NCBI GenBank assembly: GCA_046761005.1
Contig: JBHIFI010000001.1
Span: 11,908-75,907, forward strand
DNA: 64,000 nt
Reading direction: 5' to 3'
Source: Thermoplasmata archaeon
GTDB taxonomy: Archaea > Thermoplasmatota > Thermoplasmata > RBG-16-68-12 > JAGMCJ01
Shown here: positions 31,023-40,855 of the stretch, piece after piece
Position numbering within the stretch: the first letter of the stretch is position 1
Layout: the number at the start of each line of letters is the position of its first letter
The notes under the pieces: generated by a model
What the model was told of the DNA's origin: nothing
The model's database searches: none
What the model saw: the letters and a program-made list of their open reading frames with translations, nothing else
Made by a program: the position numbers and the translations under genes

Positions 31023-31622
31023 ATGGCTGCTCTGAAACCCCTCTTGATAGAATCCGAGGACCTACGAATACTGGTCGATACGGGTATCGGTGAGCTACCG
31101 GAGAAAGTTGCCAAGTATTACGAGACGGACAGAAGGACAACTCTTGAGAAGAGCTTGAGAAAACGTGATCTTTTCACCGAGGATATAACCACTGTGGTCA
31201 ATACTCACCTGCATATGGATCACTGCGGCAACAACAGTCTTTTCAAAGGAGCTAGGTTCATCGTTCAAGAAATGGAATTTACCTATGCCAAGAACCCTCA
31301 CAGATTCCAGAAAGGGGCGTATGTCAAAGATTTCTTCGAAAAATCAAGATTCACCAGGGTTAGCGGTACCCATCAACTCACAGGTGACGTGACACTAATT
31401 TCCACACCAGGTCATACTCCTGGTCATCAGTCAGTTTTGGTTGAAGGCGAGAAGAGATATGTCTATTGCGGAGATATCGCACCTTTGAGAGAGAATTACG
31501 AAAGGCGAAACATAGTGGGTGTCCTCTTCAATTCTGTTGATGCACTTGCTTCAATAGACAAACTCAGGAGTATGGGAGGTTATCCCATATTCAGTCACGA
31601 CAGAGAGCAGATGACTCTCTAG
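31023..31622 (+). CDS. metallo-beta-lactamase-fold hydrolase (lactonase-like)
   Basis: NTHLHMDHCG (HxHxDH) metal motif plus downstream His and Asp ligands. Confidence 0.7.
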   Translation: MAALKPLLIESEDLRILVDTGIGELPEKVAKYYETDRRTTLEKSLRKRDLFTEDITTVVNTHLHMDHCGNNSLFKGARFIVQEMEFTYAKNPHRFQKGAYVKDFFEKSRFTRVSGTHQLTGDVTLISTPGHTPGHQSVLVEGEKRYVYCGDIAPLRENYERRNIVGVLFNSVDALASIDKLRSMGGYPIFSHDREQMTL

Positions 31623-31625
31623 TTC

Positions 31626-31640
31626 AAATCTTTTTTATAT
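31626..31640 (+). promoter_or_regulatory. archaeal TATA-box candidate (ttttttatatttcc) upstream of the aminopeptidase gene
   Basis: A/T-rich TTTATATT element 60-90 nt upstream of the first possible start codon of the next + gene. Confidence 0.35.
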
Positions 31641-31723
31641 TTCCTTCGCGATAGCTTTGATAGCGGATTGGAGGGTGAAGTGTATCCAGGCGGTTAAACC
31701 CGGATATCGCTTTCCCCACTCAG

Positions 31724-32848
31724 GTGGTTCCCTTGAAGGAAGAAGGAAACTTCTCAGGTGTAGCGACAAGAATCGTAGGAAACTCTCTGAGAGTGAAGGA
31801 AGACGACATGGTTTGGATAGATACCTGGCATCACACGATTGATTTGGCAAGTGAGATGGCTCTGGAATGCAGGAAGCTCGGAGCGGTTCCTCTGATCACT
31901 CTTGACACCGACGACCTATACGAAAGGACACTCTCTGATGTCCCTCATGAGTTTCTGAGAAAGACACCGAGGCATCACATGAAGGCCCTGGATGAGGTCA
32001 CTGTGAGCATTGCGCTCGCGGGTCCAGAGAATCCTGAGATGTTCAAGAGTGTTGACACTACGAAGATGGCTGCAATAAGAGAAGCCTACAGGCCCGTTGA
32101 GAAGAAGATTATTGACAGGAGCATTAGGGGAGCCTTCGTTACTTTGGGTCTGATTACCCCAGAGAGGGCTTCAGTGTACGGCTTTTCTATCAGGGAATGG
32201 AAACGCGCGGTCAATGAGGCCATCGACGTGGACTACGACAGAATGGCTGAACTGGGGAGAAGGATCGCCAATGTTCTCGCTGGAGCAAGAGAGGTCAGAA
32301 TCAGTTCGGAAAGCGGAACGGATCTCCGCTTTCAGATGGCCGGGCGGAGAGTTCACATTGAGGATGGAATTGTAGACGAAGAAGACGTCACTAGCGGAAG
32401 ACCTTTCACCAACCTTCCCACGGGCTATGTGAGCGTCGCACCCCTTGAGAATAGTGCTGAGGGAAGGGTTCTCTTTGATGCGCCACAGGCTGCACTGGGA
32501 AAGATGATCAAGGACTTGGAGTGGACTTTCGTCGATGGAAGGCTGAAAACCTTCGGGGCAAAGGAGAATATAGAAGCTTTTAGGAGCCTCATGGAGCCCG
32601 GAAAAGGTGAAAAGGACAGGATAGCGCGCTTCAGCATAGGAATAAATCCAAACGCTAGGGTAATCGGTTACTTTGATGATCAGTCCGTCCTGGGATCCGC
32701 CTCCGTAGGAATAGGAGACAATCTCTTCCTGGGCGGAGAGAATGATAGCACTTTCGACTTCGCTGGAACGATACTTCACCCAACTGTGGAAGTGGATGGA
32801 AGGATCATACTGAACAGAGGAAGATTCAGCCTCCAGAATGCGGATTAG
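31724..32848 (+). CDS. M29-family aminopeptidase (AmpS/PepS-like); GTG start, alternative start at MVWIDTWHH (about 31808)
   Basis: 374 aa; thermophilic-metalloprotease M29 architecture with conserved His/Glu/Asp-rich blocks (WHHTIDLASE..., GYVSVAPLE..., IGINPNA). Confidence 0.65.
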   Translation: MVPLKEEGNFSGVATRIVGNSLRVKEDDMVWIDTWHHTIDLASEMALECRKLGAVPLITLDTDDLYERTLSDVPHEFLRKTPRHHMKALDEVTVSIALAGPENPEMFKSVDTTKMAAIREAYRPVEKKIIDRSIRGAFVTLGLITPERASVYGFSIREWKRAVNEAIDVDYDRMAELGRRIANVLAGAREVRISSESGTDLRFQMAGRRVHIEDGIVDEEDVTSGRPFTNLPTGYVSVAPLENSAEGRVLFDAPQAALGKMIKDLEWTFVDGRLKTFGAKENIEAFRSLMEPGKGEKDRIARFSIGINPNARVIGYFDDQSVLGSASVGIGDNLFLGGENDSTFDFAGTILHPTVEVDGRIILNRGRFSLQNAD

Positions 32849-33075
32849 CTAACCTTCTTCTTGGGTCGGCTGCAGACAGCGTACTCATCACCGTCGAAAA
32901 AGACCTCGAGTTCGGGATTCTCTCTCTGAATCTCCTGAATCCTGTCCAAGACATCCTTCAGAGTGATAGAGGGGTCATTCTTATCGATTTTCAGATGAAT
33001 CTTCTTGTCCATTACTATCCCATCCACCCTTTTGCTGAAGGCAGGGAACCCCGGATGACTTCTGGATTTTGCCAT
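32845..33075 (-). CDS. small conserved hypothetical protein
   Basis: 76-aa ORF overlapping the aminopeptidase stop by 4 nt; no recognisable motif. Confidence 0.35.
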   Translation of the reverse strand: MAKSRSHPGFPAFSKRVDGIVMDKKIHLKIDKNDPSITLKDVLDRIQEIQRENPELEVFFDGDEYAVCSRPKKKVS

Positions 33076-33279
33076 GATATTCTTTGTATTTATATTTTTA
33101 GTGTTTCCCCAGGGAAATGTCTCGATGTAGAATCGTTGGTCTAAATGACCAAAAAGAGTCCTTTCTGGAATTGTGAGTCAAGAAAGCCAGCATCACTTTG
33201 AAGTTTCCAAGAGAAGGGACAAAAGGACACCACCAACCATTTATTCTACATCACCGGGAAATGTGTGTGAAAGTTATTT

Positions 33280-33295
33280 ATACTGTCGGCTCAAT
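33280..33295 (+). promoter_or_regulatory. BRE/TATA-like element (gaaagttatttatact) about 65 nt upstream of the TTG start of the large coiled-coil gene
   Basis: match to the archaeal BRE (purine-rich) plus TTTATA consensus at an appropriate distance. Confidence 0.4.
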
Positions 33296-33360
33296 ATACA
33301 ACCTGTCGACTATGGATGGCGTGCCAGTAGCCACCATAACGCCTCTAGAGGTGCGATATA

Positions 33361-35943
33361 TTGGTAAGCGAAGAGAAGAAGAAGGTTAGTGGAAAAAAGC
33401 ATTCTGCAGATCCAGGTACCTGCGCTGTCTGCGGTGGCCCCTTGAATCCCAAGGGTCAGTGCACCATATGTGGAACCGAATCAAAGGGTGTTCCCGCAGA
33501 ACAAAGAAATCCTGCACCTGCAGATGCCAAGGCCAATCTAGATTCTCCGACCGCCAATGTGAGCGCATCCAAAGGTCCGTCCAGAGAGGAAGCTGTCAAG
33601 CTGTTTTCTAGCATAAAGGGAGTTGGTGAGTCAAAAGCCGAAATCCTCTATGATAGTGGCTATGCCTCTCTGGAGGATCTAAAATCTGCCAAACTGGAGG
33701 ACCTTTCTTCCATAAGTGGTATTGGAGGGAAGTTGGCAGAAACGATATTGAAGAACATCGCAGAACATTCTGGCACAGCAAAGGAAAAAACCGATTCAGA
33801 GGCGCTGTCCAAGTGGCTTTCTGGGGACTCAGATGATGCACTCGGTGTCTGGCTTGGCGGGAGTGTTCCTCAGCAAAAGAAATCGTTGCCGACCGAGGTT
33901 GGTGAGAATTCTGACGACCCAGCTATGCTAGCTCTGCGCAAGTGGCTCACTGGAGAGGAGGACGCTCTTGAGCAGTGGCTCGGTGAGTCGGCGGAGGCTC
34001 CGGTTAGGGAGATTGCTGAGACGAGAGAGCTTCTGGAGAAGCAGCAGATACTCGATGAGAGGGAGACCGAGATTAAGCGCAAGGAGGACCAAGTAGAGGA
34101 CATGAGTATCGAGCTCAAGGAGCTAAAGAAAGCCATAGAAAAGGAGCTTGAGGCGGTCCGAACAGGCAAGTTCGACCCCATGAGATTGATCGAGGAAACC
34201 GCAGAACTCAACAAGAATCTTCAGACCGAGGTCCGCAGGAGAAAGCAACTGGAGGGAGACATTAGTCACCTGAAGAAAGGAACATCGGCGGTTGTCAAAT
34301 ATATGAAGAAGCAGATGGTTCGAAGCGGTAGCCCTGCTCTCAAGAGAAGGCTTTCCGAGGAGAGATCGGTAAGACAGAGGCTTGAAATCGAGCTCAAGAA
34401 GTCTAGAGAGATTGTAGAGAATCTAAAGGATCAGCTTGAAGAGAAGTTGAAAGAGATTCCTGAGGACAAGAGAGCTCTCAAGGAAAAGGAGCTGGTACTA
34501 GTCGAAAAGGAAGCAGAGATAAAGGCAAGGGAGGAGCAGCTTGAAGCGTATGAGCAGGCGATCAAGGGTGGAGAACTCGCTCCCGCCGGAGAAGTCTCCG
34601 AGCACGAACTGGAGTCCAGGCTCCAGGCCGAGCTAAGGGAGAAGGAGAGAGAGTTCCTTGAGAAGGAGGATGATCTGAAGAGGAGAATAATCAAGCTTGA
34701 AGAGGAGATACAGAAACACAGAATCGAGGAAAAGCTGAGAAAGGAAAGCCAAGAACTGCGAAAACTCTCGGCACCCCAGATTGATGAAGTTCTGGTAAGA
34801 AAGGAGAAGGAGCTTCAGGCAAAGGAAAAGTCCATCCTCCTTCGAGGGGAAGAGATTGAAAGACTTAAGGACGAACTCAGAGAAAAGGAAGACGAACTTC
34901 AGAAACTGAGAGAACCCCTATCATATAAGGAAGAAGAGCTCCTCAGAAGAGAGGAAGACCTTCTATACCGCGAAAAGAGACTGGCCGCGGAGAGAAGGAA
35001 GGTTGAGGAAGCAAAGGCTTCTGCTCTTAGCATCGACGAGCATGAGATGAGGCAACGTCTCGAATCCCTCAAAGCGGAGATTGCAAGGAAGGAGGATGAA
35101 GTCAGGGCCAAGGAGAAGTATCTCAAGGCCAAGATGGAGGAACTCCGGCTACGCGAACAGGGCCTAATAGAGGAAGAGATAGATGCCCGGGAAGAGGAGA
35201 GGATGCTAGAGCTAAAGGTAGAGAAGGTGAGGACAGGCACTCCGAGACTCGATGATCTGCTTCTTGGTGGTGTACCGTTTGGTTCCAATATTCTCATCTA
35301 TGGACCTCCCTTTGTAGGGAAAGAGGTCGTCGTGAATGCGTTCATGGCGGAGGGTCTGAAAAAAGGCATTCCGATTGTATGGGTGATAACAGAAAAGATG
35401 CCCTCCGACATAAGGGAAGAGATGGGCTTTGTCATTTCGGGTTATGAAGAGTACGAGAAGCTGGGTCTTGTGAAATACGTGGATTCTTACTCCCGAAGTA
35501 TGGGTGAGGTAGAGGAGGACCCATATACGGTCTATTTGGATGACCCGACTGACTACAAGGCTATCTTGAACGCTGTTGACAAGGTTGCAAAGGAGTTTCT
35601 CAAGAATCACAAGTACTATAGATTGACTTTCAGATCCGTATCTACTCTCATCGCATACCTGGATCCGACTTCCATATTCAAATTCCTTCAGGCTTTCGCG
35701 GGCAGAAGGAAGAGGCACAGGGCTGTCGCACTTTACATGATAGAGAAGGGGATGCACACGGACCAGGAAATCCAGATGATAGGCAGTATGATGGAGGGTA
35801 TGTTCGACTTCAAGGTCGACCAGCTCAAGTCCTTCCTGAGCGTCAAGGGAGTCGGTGATGTTCAGTCAAGGGCATGGATAAAATACACCTACAGCAAGCA
35901 TGGAGTGAGCATCGGGTCCTTCTCGTTGGACCACATCAAGTAG
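33361..35943 (+). CDS. 860-aa multidomain protein: zinc ribbon, 2x helix-hairpin-helix, about 600-aa charged coiled coil, C-terminal KaiC/RecA-like domain with degenerate Walker A; TTG start
   Basis: CAVCGG...CTICG zinc ribbon; HhH motifs IKGVGESKAEIL and ISGIGGKLAETIL; long E/K/R-rich heptad region (about aa 200-620); C-terminus LDDLLLGGVPFGSNILIYGPPFVGKE aligns to the KaiC/RadA N-terminal block but with GPPFVGKE in place of GxxGxGKT. Confidence 0.75.
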   Translation: MVSEEKKKVSGKKHSADPGTCAVCGGPLNPKGQCTICGTESKGVPAEQRNPAPADAKANLDSPTANVSASKGPSREEAVKLFSSIKGVGESKAEILYDSGYASLEDLKSAKLEDLSSISGIGGKLAETILKNIAEHSGTAKEKTDSEALSKWLSGDSDDALGVWLGGSVPQQKKSLPTEVGENSDDPAMLALRKWLTGEEDALEQWLGESAEAPVREIAETRELLEKQQILDERETEIKRKEDQVEDMSIELKELKKAIEKELEAVRTGKFDPMRLIEETAELNKNLQTEVRRRKQLEGDISHLKKGTSAVVKYMKKQMVRSGSPALKRRLSEERSVRQRLEIELKKSREIVENLKDQLEEKLKEIPEDKRALKEKELVLVEKEAEIKAREEQLEAYEQAIKGGELAPAGEVSEHELESRLQAELREKEREFLEKEDDLKRRIIKLEEEIQKHRIEEKLRKESQELRKLSAPQIDEVLVRKEKELQAKEKSILLRGEEIERLKDELREKEDELQKLREPLSYKEEELLRREEDLLYREKRLAAERRKVEEAKASALSIDEHEMRQRLESLKAEIARKEDEVRAKEKYLKAKMEELRLREQGLIEEEIDAREEERMLELKVEKVRTGTPRLDDLLLGGVPFGSNILIYGPPFVGKEVVVNAFMAEGLKKGIPIVWVITEKMPSDIREEMGFVISGYEEYEKLGLVKYVDSYSRSMGEVEEDPYTVYLDDPTDYKAILNAVDKVAKEFLKNHKYYRLTFRSVSTLIAYLDPTSIFKFLQAFAGRRKRHRAVALYMIEKGMHTDQEIQMIGSMMEGMFDFKVDQLKSFLSVKGVGDVQSRAWIKYTYSKHGVSIGSFSLDHIK

Positions 35944-35945
35944 AG

Positions 35946-36365
35946 TCAGGCAACCTCCACGCCCGTACTCTCTCTTGGTTTTCCACCGAACCTTATTGGA
36001 GGAAGCGGAACCGGAGGAGGCAACTTTATGTCCCTTGCAATAACCACTGCTTCAGGAATGCAATTGCTCATTATCGCCTGATGGACCTGCGTAGCGACCT
36101 TGTCAGGCATCTTTCTCTGGGTTCTCCACTGTGTAGCAATCTCCTTGGCATCGCCCTCGTAGATTAGACTTCCCTCAATGGAGATCACCCCCAGTCCCTG
36201 ATAGTTTGCCGTGAATCTGAAATCGATGGCCGCTTCTTTCTTGTTCTTCTCTGTGATCAGGGTTACTGAGCTGTTATGGTCTATCCTAACGTTCGTTGGC
36301 TTCTCTCCCATCTTGTAGAATCGCTTTCCCTCAACGGCCAACAATTCAAAATACTTTATTGGCAT
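35946..36365 (-). CDS. hypothetical protein, convergent with and abutting the coiled-coil gene
   Basis: 139 aa; Pro-rich C-terminal segment (PPPVPLPP); no recognisable motif. Confidence 0.4.
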   Translation of the reverse strand: MPIKYFELLAVEGKRFYKMGEKPTNVRIDHNSSVTLITEKNKKEAAIDFRFTANYQGLGVISIEGSLIYEGDAKEIATQWRTQRKMPDKVATQVHQAIMSNCIPEAVVIARDIKLPPPVPLPPIRFGGKPRESTGVEVA

Positions 36366-36511
36366 TCAGCTCTTTCTTTAATATGGGTTATCAATAGATA
36401 GAGCTTTCGGTCAGGTGCTCTCCTCCTAAAAGCTTATTTTACTTCCAAGGCTTTCCTTTTCGAGGTGCTGACATCTACATAGGAGTAGATGACACGGACT
36501 CCCTTGCGGGG

Positions 36512-37852
36512 ATGTGTACGACCTATCTCGTCTCCGAAATCGTTGGAGAATTCAATGATTTGGATCTCATAGGTTGTCCCAGGTTAGTCAGACTTAATCC
36601 AAACATTCCCTGGAAGACGAGGGGAAATGGTGCCATTTGTGTGAGACTAGGTCGCGGAGGGGGAAAGAGATCCCTGATCGGCGAGATTTCTGGGACCTCC
36701 GTTTTCGCCTTTGAGAGAGAACTGCCTAGCTTCTTTCCAGAGGATGCTGCGGACAGATTGTCCAGAATCCTTGAATCCAATGCTCATTTTCATGAAGAAA
36801 AGACTAATCCAGGCTTTGCCATCCTGCGAAGAAAGCCCAGCCCCTCGTTATACTGGAAGGCTGTAAGGGGCATAGTCTCCCTTTCCGAGGTTGAGAAGGA
36901 GGTTTCCTGTCTTGGTGTGGTGCGAAAGTACAAGAACGGAAGAGGCTTGATTGGCGCATGCGCTGCGATTTCCTGGGTGCCCAGGGACAGGACGTATGAA
37001 ATCATCACGTACAGGAAACCCTCAAGGTGGGGTTCTCCAAGAAGGATTTCGGTTGAGTCTGTAAAGAGGATGGATAGGGAAACAAACCACACATTCAACA
37101 ACTGTGATTATCTCAATGAGAGAGTGGCGCTAGCGCCAAACTCTCCTTGTCCTGTTCTTTATGGGATTAGGGGAGACGACCCTGACGAGTTGCTGGACGG
37201 GATGAGAATGATAGATTCCGAGGCGATCGACCGGTGGAATCTCTTTCTCACCAATCAGGGAACAGATGACCACCTGGTTGGCAAATCCATCTCCGACGTT
37301 GGAGATTACGAATCGGTCATCCTGAGAGGAAGAGTTTCCCGCGAACCCAACAATCTTGCGGGAGGTCATGTTGTTTTCGAAATTGAGGACATGAAGGGCA
37401 AGATTGAGTGTACCGCATACGAACCCACAAAGCAGTTTAGAAGTGTGGTCAGAAGTCTCCGCGTCGGAGACGAGCTGCGCGTCTTTGGCAGCGTGAGAGA
37501 TACGCCCAAGACAATAAATCTGGAAAAGATAGAAATATTGAGGCTGGAGAAGAAGTCGCGGAAAATGAGTAACCCGATATGCCCTGAGTGCGGAAAATCG
37601 ATGAAGTCTGCTGGGAAAGGCTCTGGTTACAGGTGCAGGGAGTGTCACACAAAAGCCGCGGAAAATGAGGCCAGAGTCGTGGAAGTTGAGCGGGAAATAG
37701 AACTGGGGTTTTATGAACCACCTGTTTGCGCCAGAAGACACCTGAGCAAACCACTCTCAAGAATGAAGGTGAAGGTGAACGACCTGACTTGGATTTCTAC
37801 GTTGAAGAAACCTCTCTTATGCAGCTCTCAACTATGTCAAGGCCGGCATTGA
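36512..37852 (+). CDS. tiaS: tRNA(Ile2) 2-agmatinylcytidine synthetase TiaS; functional start probably upstream near 36479 (see findings)
   Basis: GMCTTYL kinase-domain block; OB-fold; C-terminal CPECG...CRECH zinc ribbon; the upstream in-frame codons encode IGVDDTDS. Confidence 0.8.
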   Translation: MCTTYLVSEIVGEFNDLDLIGCPRLVRLNPNIPWKTRGNGAICVRLGRGGGKRSLIGEISGTSVFAFERELPSFFPEDAADRLSRILESNAHFHEEKTNPGFAILRRKPSPSLYWKAVRGIVSLSEVEKEVSCLGVVRKYKNGRGLIGACAAISWVPRDRTYEIITYRKPSRWGSPRRISVESVKRMDRETNHTFNNCDYLNERVALAPNSPCPVLYGIRGDDPDELLDGMRMIDSEAIDRWNLFLTNQGTDDHLVGKSISDVGDYESVILRGRVSREPNNLAGGHVVFEIEDMKGKIECTAYEPTKQFRSVVRSLRVGDELRVFGSVRDTPKTINLEKIEILRLEKKSRKMSNPICPECGKSMKSAGKGSGYRCRECHTKAAENEARVVEVEREIELGFYEPPVCARRHLSKPLSRMKVKVNDLTWISTLKKPLLCSSQLCQGRH

Positions 37853-39137
37853 GTTCCTCTTCGCTTATGTTGAGAGCTGGGATGTAGCGTATCGCGGACA
37901 CACCAGAAGGCAAGAGGATAAGACCCTTTTTGTATCCAAGCTTGACTATCTTATCCCTCTCCTCAACAGCGAACTGTTTGGTATTTCTGTCTTTGACAAA
38001 TTCCGTTGCCCACATGAGACCCATGCCTCTGTTGTCTCCCATGATTGGATACTTCTCAGCCATTTCGCGAAGCCTTTCTTCAACTATCTTACCGAGGCGA
38101 CATGCGTTCTCCAACATCCCTTCCTTCTTAATCAGGTCAATCGTTGTAAGAGCTGAGGCACAGGCAACCAGGTTTCCACCAAACGTGTTGGAATGAGCCC
38201 CTTTCCTACCGAAGTCGAGCCTAGCATCGAAAATGACAGCACCCATAGGAATACCTGACGCAATCGCTTTTGCGGAATAAAGGACATCTGGGACTGTATT
38301 TGAGTGTTCCACGGCAAACATCCTTCCGGTTCTCCCAAATCCCGCCTGAACTTCATCGTCCACGACAATTATCTCGTGTCTTCTAGCTATGCTAGAGATC
38401 TCGTCAATCCAACCATTTGGAGGGACTATGTATCCTCCCTCACCCTGCACGGGCTCAAAGAAAATAGCTGCAACCTCCTCTGCTGGCACATGAGTTGCGA
38501 AATATAGCTCTTCGAGGATCTTGGCGCAGTAGAGATCACAATCAGGATACTTCAGCTTATACGCACACCTGTAGCAATATGCATAGGGTATGTGGACTAC
38601 TCCTGGCATCATTGGAGAAAACCTCGCTCTGTGGACGGGCTTACTCGCAGTGATGGAGAGAGCTCCCATTGATCTTCCATGAAACGCATTGAAAAATCCC
38701 ACAATTAGGGGCTTTCGGGTATGCCATTTGACCATCTTTATGGATGCCTCCGTTCCCTCTGTTCCGCTGTTTACGAAGAAAACCTTCTTCGGGAAGTCTC
38801 CTGGAGTAATCTGCGCCAGTCTCTCAGCTAGTTTGACTTGGATCTCATAGTAGAAATCGGTACCCGCGAAATGAATCAACTCTGAAGACTGCTCCCTAAT
38901 CGCCTCCACAATCCTTGGATGGCAGTGTCCAACATTTAAAACACTGATTCCACATGCAAAGTCAATAAAGAGATTGCCATCAACGTCTTCGACCACCGAA
39001 CCTCTCGCTCTTTTTGCCACTACGGGAGATGTTTTCGTTGTTGTTGCGATAATTTGGGAATCTCTTTCTACTATCTCCTTGGCTTTCGGACCAGGAGGGA
39101 TTGTTTTGATATTCGGAGCCTTCGTCACGTGAAACAC
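37797..39137 (-). CDS. class-III (omega-) aminotransferase, 4-aminobutyrate/acetylornithine aminotransferase family
   Basis: 446 aa; PLP-fold motifs including DEVQAGFGRTGRMFA and the SKAIASGIPMGA Schiff-base Lys region. Confidence 0.85.
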   Translation of the reverse strand: MFHVTKAPNIKTIPPGPKAKEIVERDSQIIATTTKTSPVVAKRARGSVVEDVDGNLFIDFACGISVLNVGHCHPRIVEAIREQSSELIHFAGTDFYYEIQVKLAERLAQITPGDFPKKVFFVNSGTEGTEASIKMVKWHTRKPLIVGFFNAFHGRSMGALSITASKPVHRARFSPMMPGVVHIPYAYCYRCAYKLKYPDCDLYCAKILEELYFATHVPAEEVAAIFFEPVQGEGGYIVPPNGWIDEISSIARRHEIIVVDDEVQAGFGRTGRMFAVEHSNTVPDVLYSAKAIASGIPMGAVIFDARLDFGRKGAHSNTFGGNLVACASALTTIDLIKKEGMLENACRLGKIVEERLREMAEKYPIMGDNRGMGLMWATEFVKDRNTKQFAVEERDKIVKLGYKKGLILLPSGVSAIRYIPALNISEEELNAGLDIVESCIREVSST

Positions 39138-39225
39138 CTCTACTTGGAGGAGTCAGGATGGTTCAATTGAGGAGGTTTGCTCTGCCTGTCCTGTGACGAA
39201 AAGAATCGAGATAACGAAGCGTTAC

Positions 39226-39366
39226 CTAGCCACCTATCCTGAAGACTTTTGTCCCACAGTCGGGGCATATTCCTCTAGTAGCAGGTTTTCCATTCTTCAT
39301 TGTGAACTTCTCCGGATTCTTCATCTCGACTTTGGCTCTGCACTTCACACAGTAGGCTTGAACCAC
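39226..39366 (-). CDS. possible small zinc-ribbon protein (about 46 aa from a GTG start); below the ORF-track length cutoff
   Basis: translation ...AYCVKCRAKVEMKNPEKFTMKNGKPATRGICPDCGTKVFRIGG carries a CxxC...CxxC ribbon; lies directly upstream of the aminotransferase on the same strand; coordinates approximate. Confidence 0.3.
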   Translation of the reverse strand: MVQAYCVKCRAKVEMKNPEKFTMKNGKPATRGICPDCGTKVFRIGG

Positions 39367-39639
39367 TCTATCACCTAGCCATGAATAGAACCGAGGCTTA
39401 TTAATATATTGTAGCCAAAAAGATTAAGAGCGAGATTTCATATCAAAAAACTCTGTTGAGTGTTCCAATGAAATACACTAGACTGGCAATGCCTAGAATT
39501 ATGGGTGAAAGTGCACTTCAAATATCGATGGAGGCCCCTCTACCAATGGAAGCGAGGGAGGGCTTGGATCCCTTTATGCTGGCCAGCCTGGAATTTGAGG
39601 AAGGTTTCCTCTCAATAATGGTAACTGGGAGCTGACCAA

Positions 39640-40845
39640 ATGTCAACTATCACGAATCTTGGAATCAGGAAAATCTTGGACAGTCGCGGAAACCTCACAG
39701 TTGAAGTGGATGTGAAAACTGAAAAGGGCTTTGGGCGGGCGTCAGCACCCTCCGGCGCGAGCATAGGCAAGTTCGAAGTTGTCAACTTCTCCTCGGTGGG
39801 GATCGACGCTGATGTAAGAAACTTTTTTTCAAAGGTGGCTCCCACCCTAAAGGGAATGGATGCAAAGAAGCAAGAAGAGGTAGATAAGCGGCTTCATGAA
39901 CTCGACGGAACTGAGAATTTTTCGAAAATCGGTGGAAGTGTTGCCGTAGCCACGTCGATTGCTGTGGCCAGGGCCGCAGCGAATTCTGAAGGACTGACCC
40001 TTTATAGATATCTCGCTGGCTCAGAGAATATATCCATTCCGATTCCTCTTGGAAATGTTCTGGGCGGGGGGGCACATGCAATCGGTGGAACTGATATCCA
40101 GGAATTCCTGTCGCTTGCATCCGGCTCTTCTGCACTTGAGGCCATCGTTGCCAATGCGAAGCTCCACAAACTCGTAAAGGAGAAGCTAGTCGAGCACTTA
40201 CCCGGAGATGCCATAGGAAAGGGAGATGAGGGTGCGTGGGTGGCAAACGTGGGAAATGAGAAGGCAATGGATATTCTGATTGAGTCGTGCAAACAGATTA
40301 CGCGGGAAACTGGAGTTCGCTGTTCTCCTTCCGTCGACATAGCGGCATCCACCTTGTTCTCAGATGGAAGATATCACTATCGTGAGGGGACACTATCTAG
40401 TGAAGAACAGATTGAGTTCGTAGCTGACCTAGTCGACGAATATGGGCTCGCTTATGTAGAAGATCCCCTCCATGAAGAGGATTTTGAAGGTTTTGCGAGA
40501 CTGACGGAACTATGCGGAAAGAAATGCCTGATTGTGGGAGACGACCTATTCGTCACCAACGAAAAGAGGTTAAGGAAGGGAATCCATCTGGGCGCTGCCA
40601 ACGCCATCATAATAAAGCCCAATCAAATCGGAACACTCACTGATGCGATAGATACGCTTTCCTTGGCCAGAGAAGCCAGATACAAGGCAATCGTTTCTCA
40701 TAGAAGCGGGGAGACGATCGACGACGCAATCGCACACCTCGCCGTCGCCTTTCGATGTTTTGCCATCAAAACAGGTTCGGTTGGAGGGGAAAGGATAGCA
40801 AAACTTAATGAGCTGATTCGTATTGAAGAGGAGCTGAAATCCTAG
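39640..40845 (+). CDS. eno: enolase (phosphopyruvate hydratase)
   Basis: 401 aa; enolase N- and C-domains; SHRSGETID signature region. Confidence 0.9.
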   Translation: MSTITNLGIRKILDSRGNLTVEVDVKTEKGFGRASAPSGASIGKFEVVNFSSVGIDADVRNFFSKVAPTLKGMDAKKQEEVDKRLHELDGTENFSKIGGSVAVATSIAVARAAANSEGLTLYRYLAGSENISIPIPLGNVLGGGAHAIGGTDIQEFLSLASGSSALEAIVANAKLHKLVKEKLVEHLPGDAIGKGDEGAWVANVGNEKAMDILIESCKQITRETGVRCSPSVDIAASTLFSDGRYHYREGTLSSEEQIEFVADLVDEYGLAYVEDPLHEEDFEGFARLTELCGKKCLIVGDDLFVTNEKRLRKGIHLGAANAIIIKPNQIGTLTDAIDTLSLAREARYKAIVSHRSGETIDDAIAHLAVAFRCFAIKTGSVGGERIAKLNELIRIEEELKS

Positions 40846-40855
40846 GAGCATTCGC

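Noticed and set aside
33900-35260. Highly repetitive GAG/AAG/GAA-rich DNA that could be mistaken for tandem repeats or a CRISPR-like array
   Set aside because: The periodicity is codon-level, arising from Glu/Lys/Arg heptads of the coiled-coil ORF. There are no exact direct repeats with unique spacers.
39380-39640. GC-rich hairpin-like segment (cccctctaccaatggaagcgagggagggc) upstream of enolase, as a possible ncRNA
   Set aside because: Only a single imperfect stem, with no recognisable C/D or H/ACA boxes or other family signatures. Retained only as the enolase 5' region.
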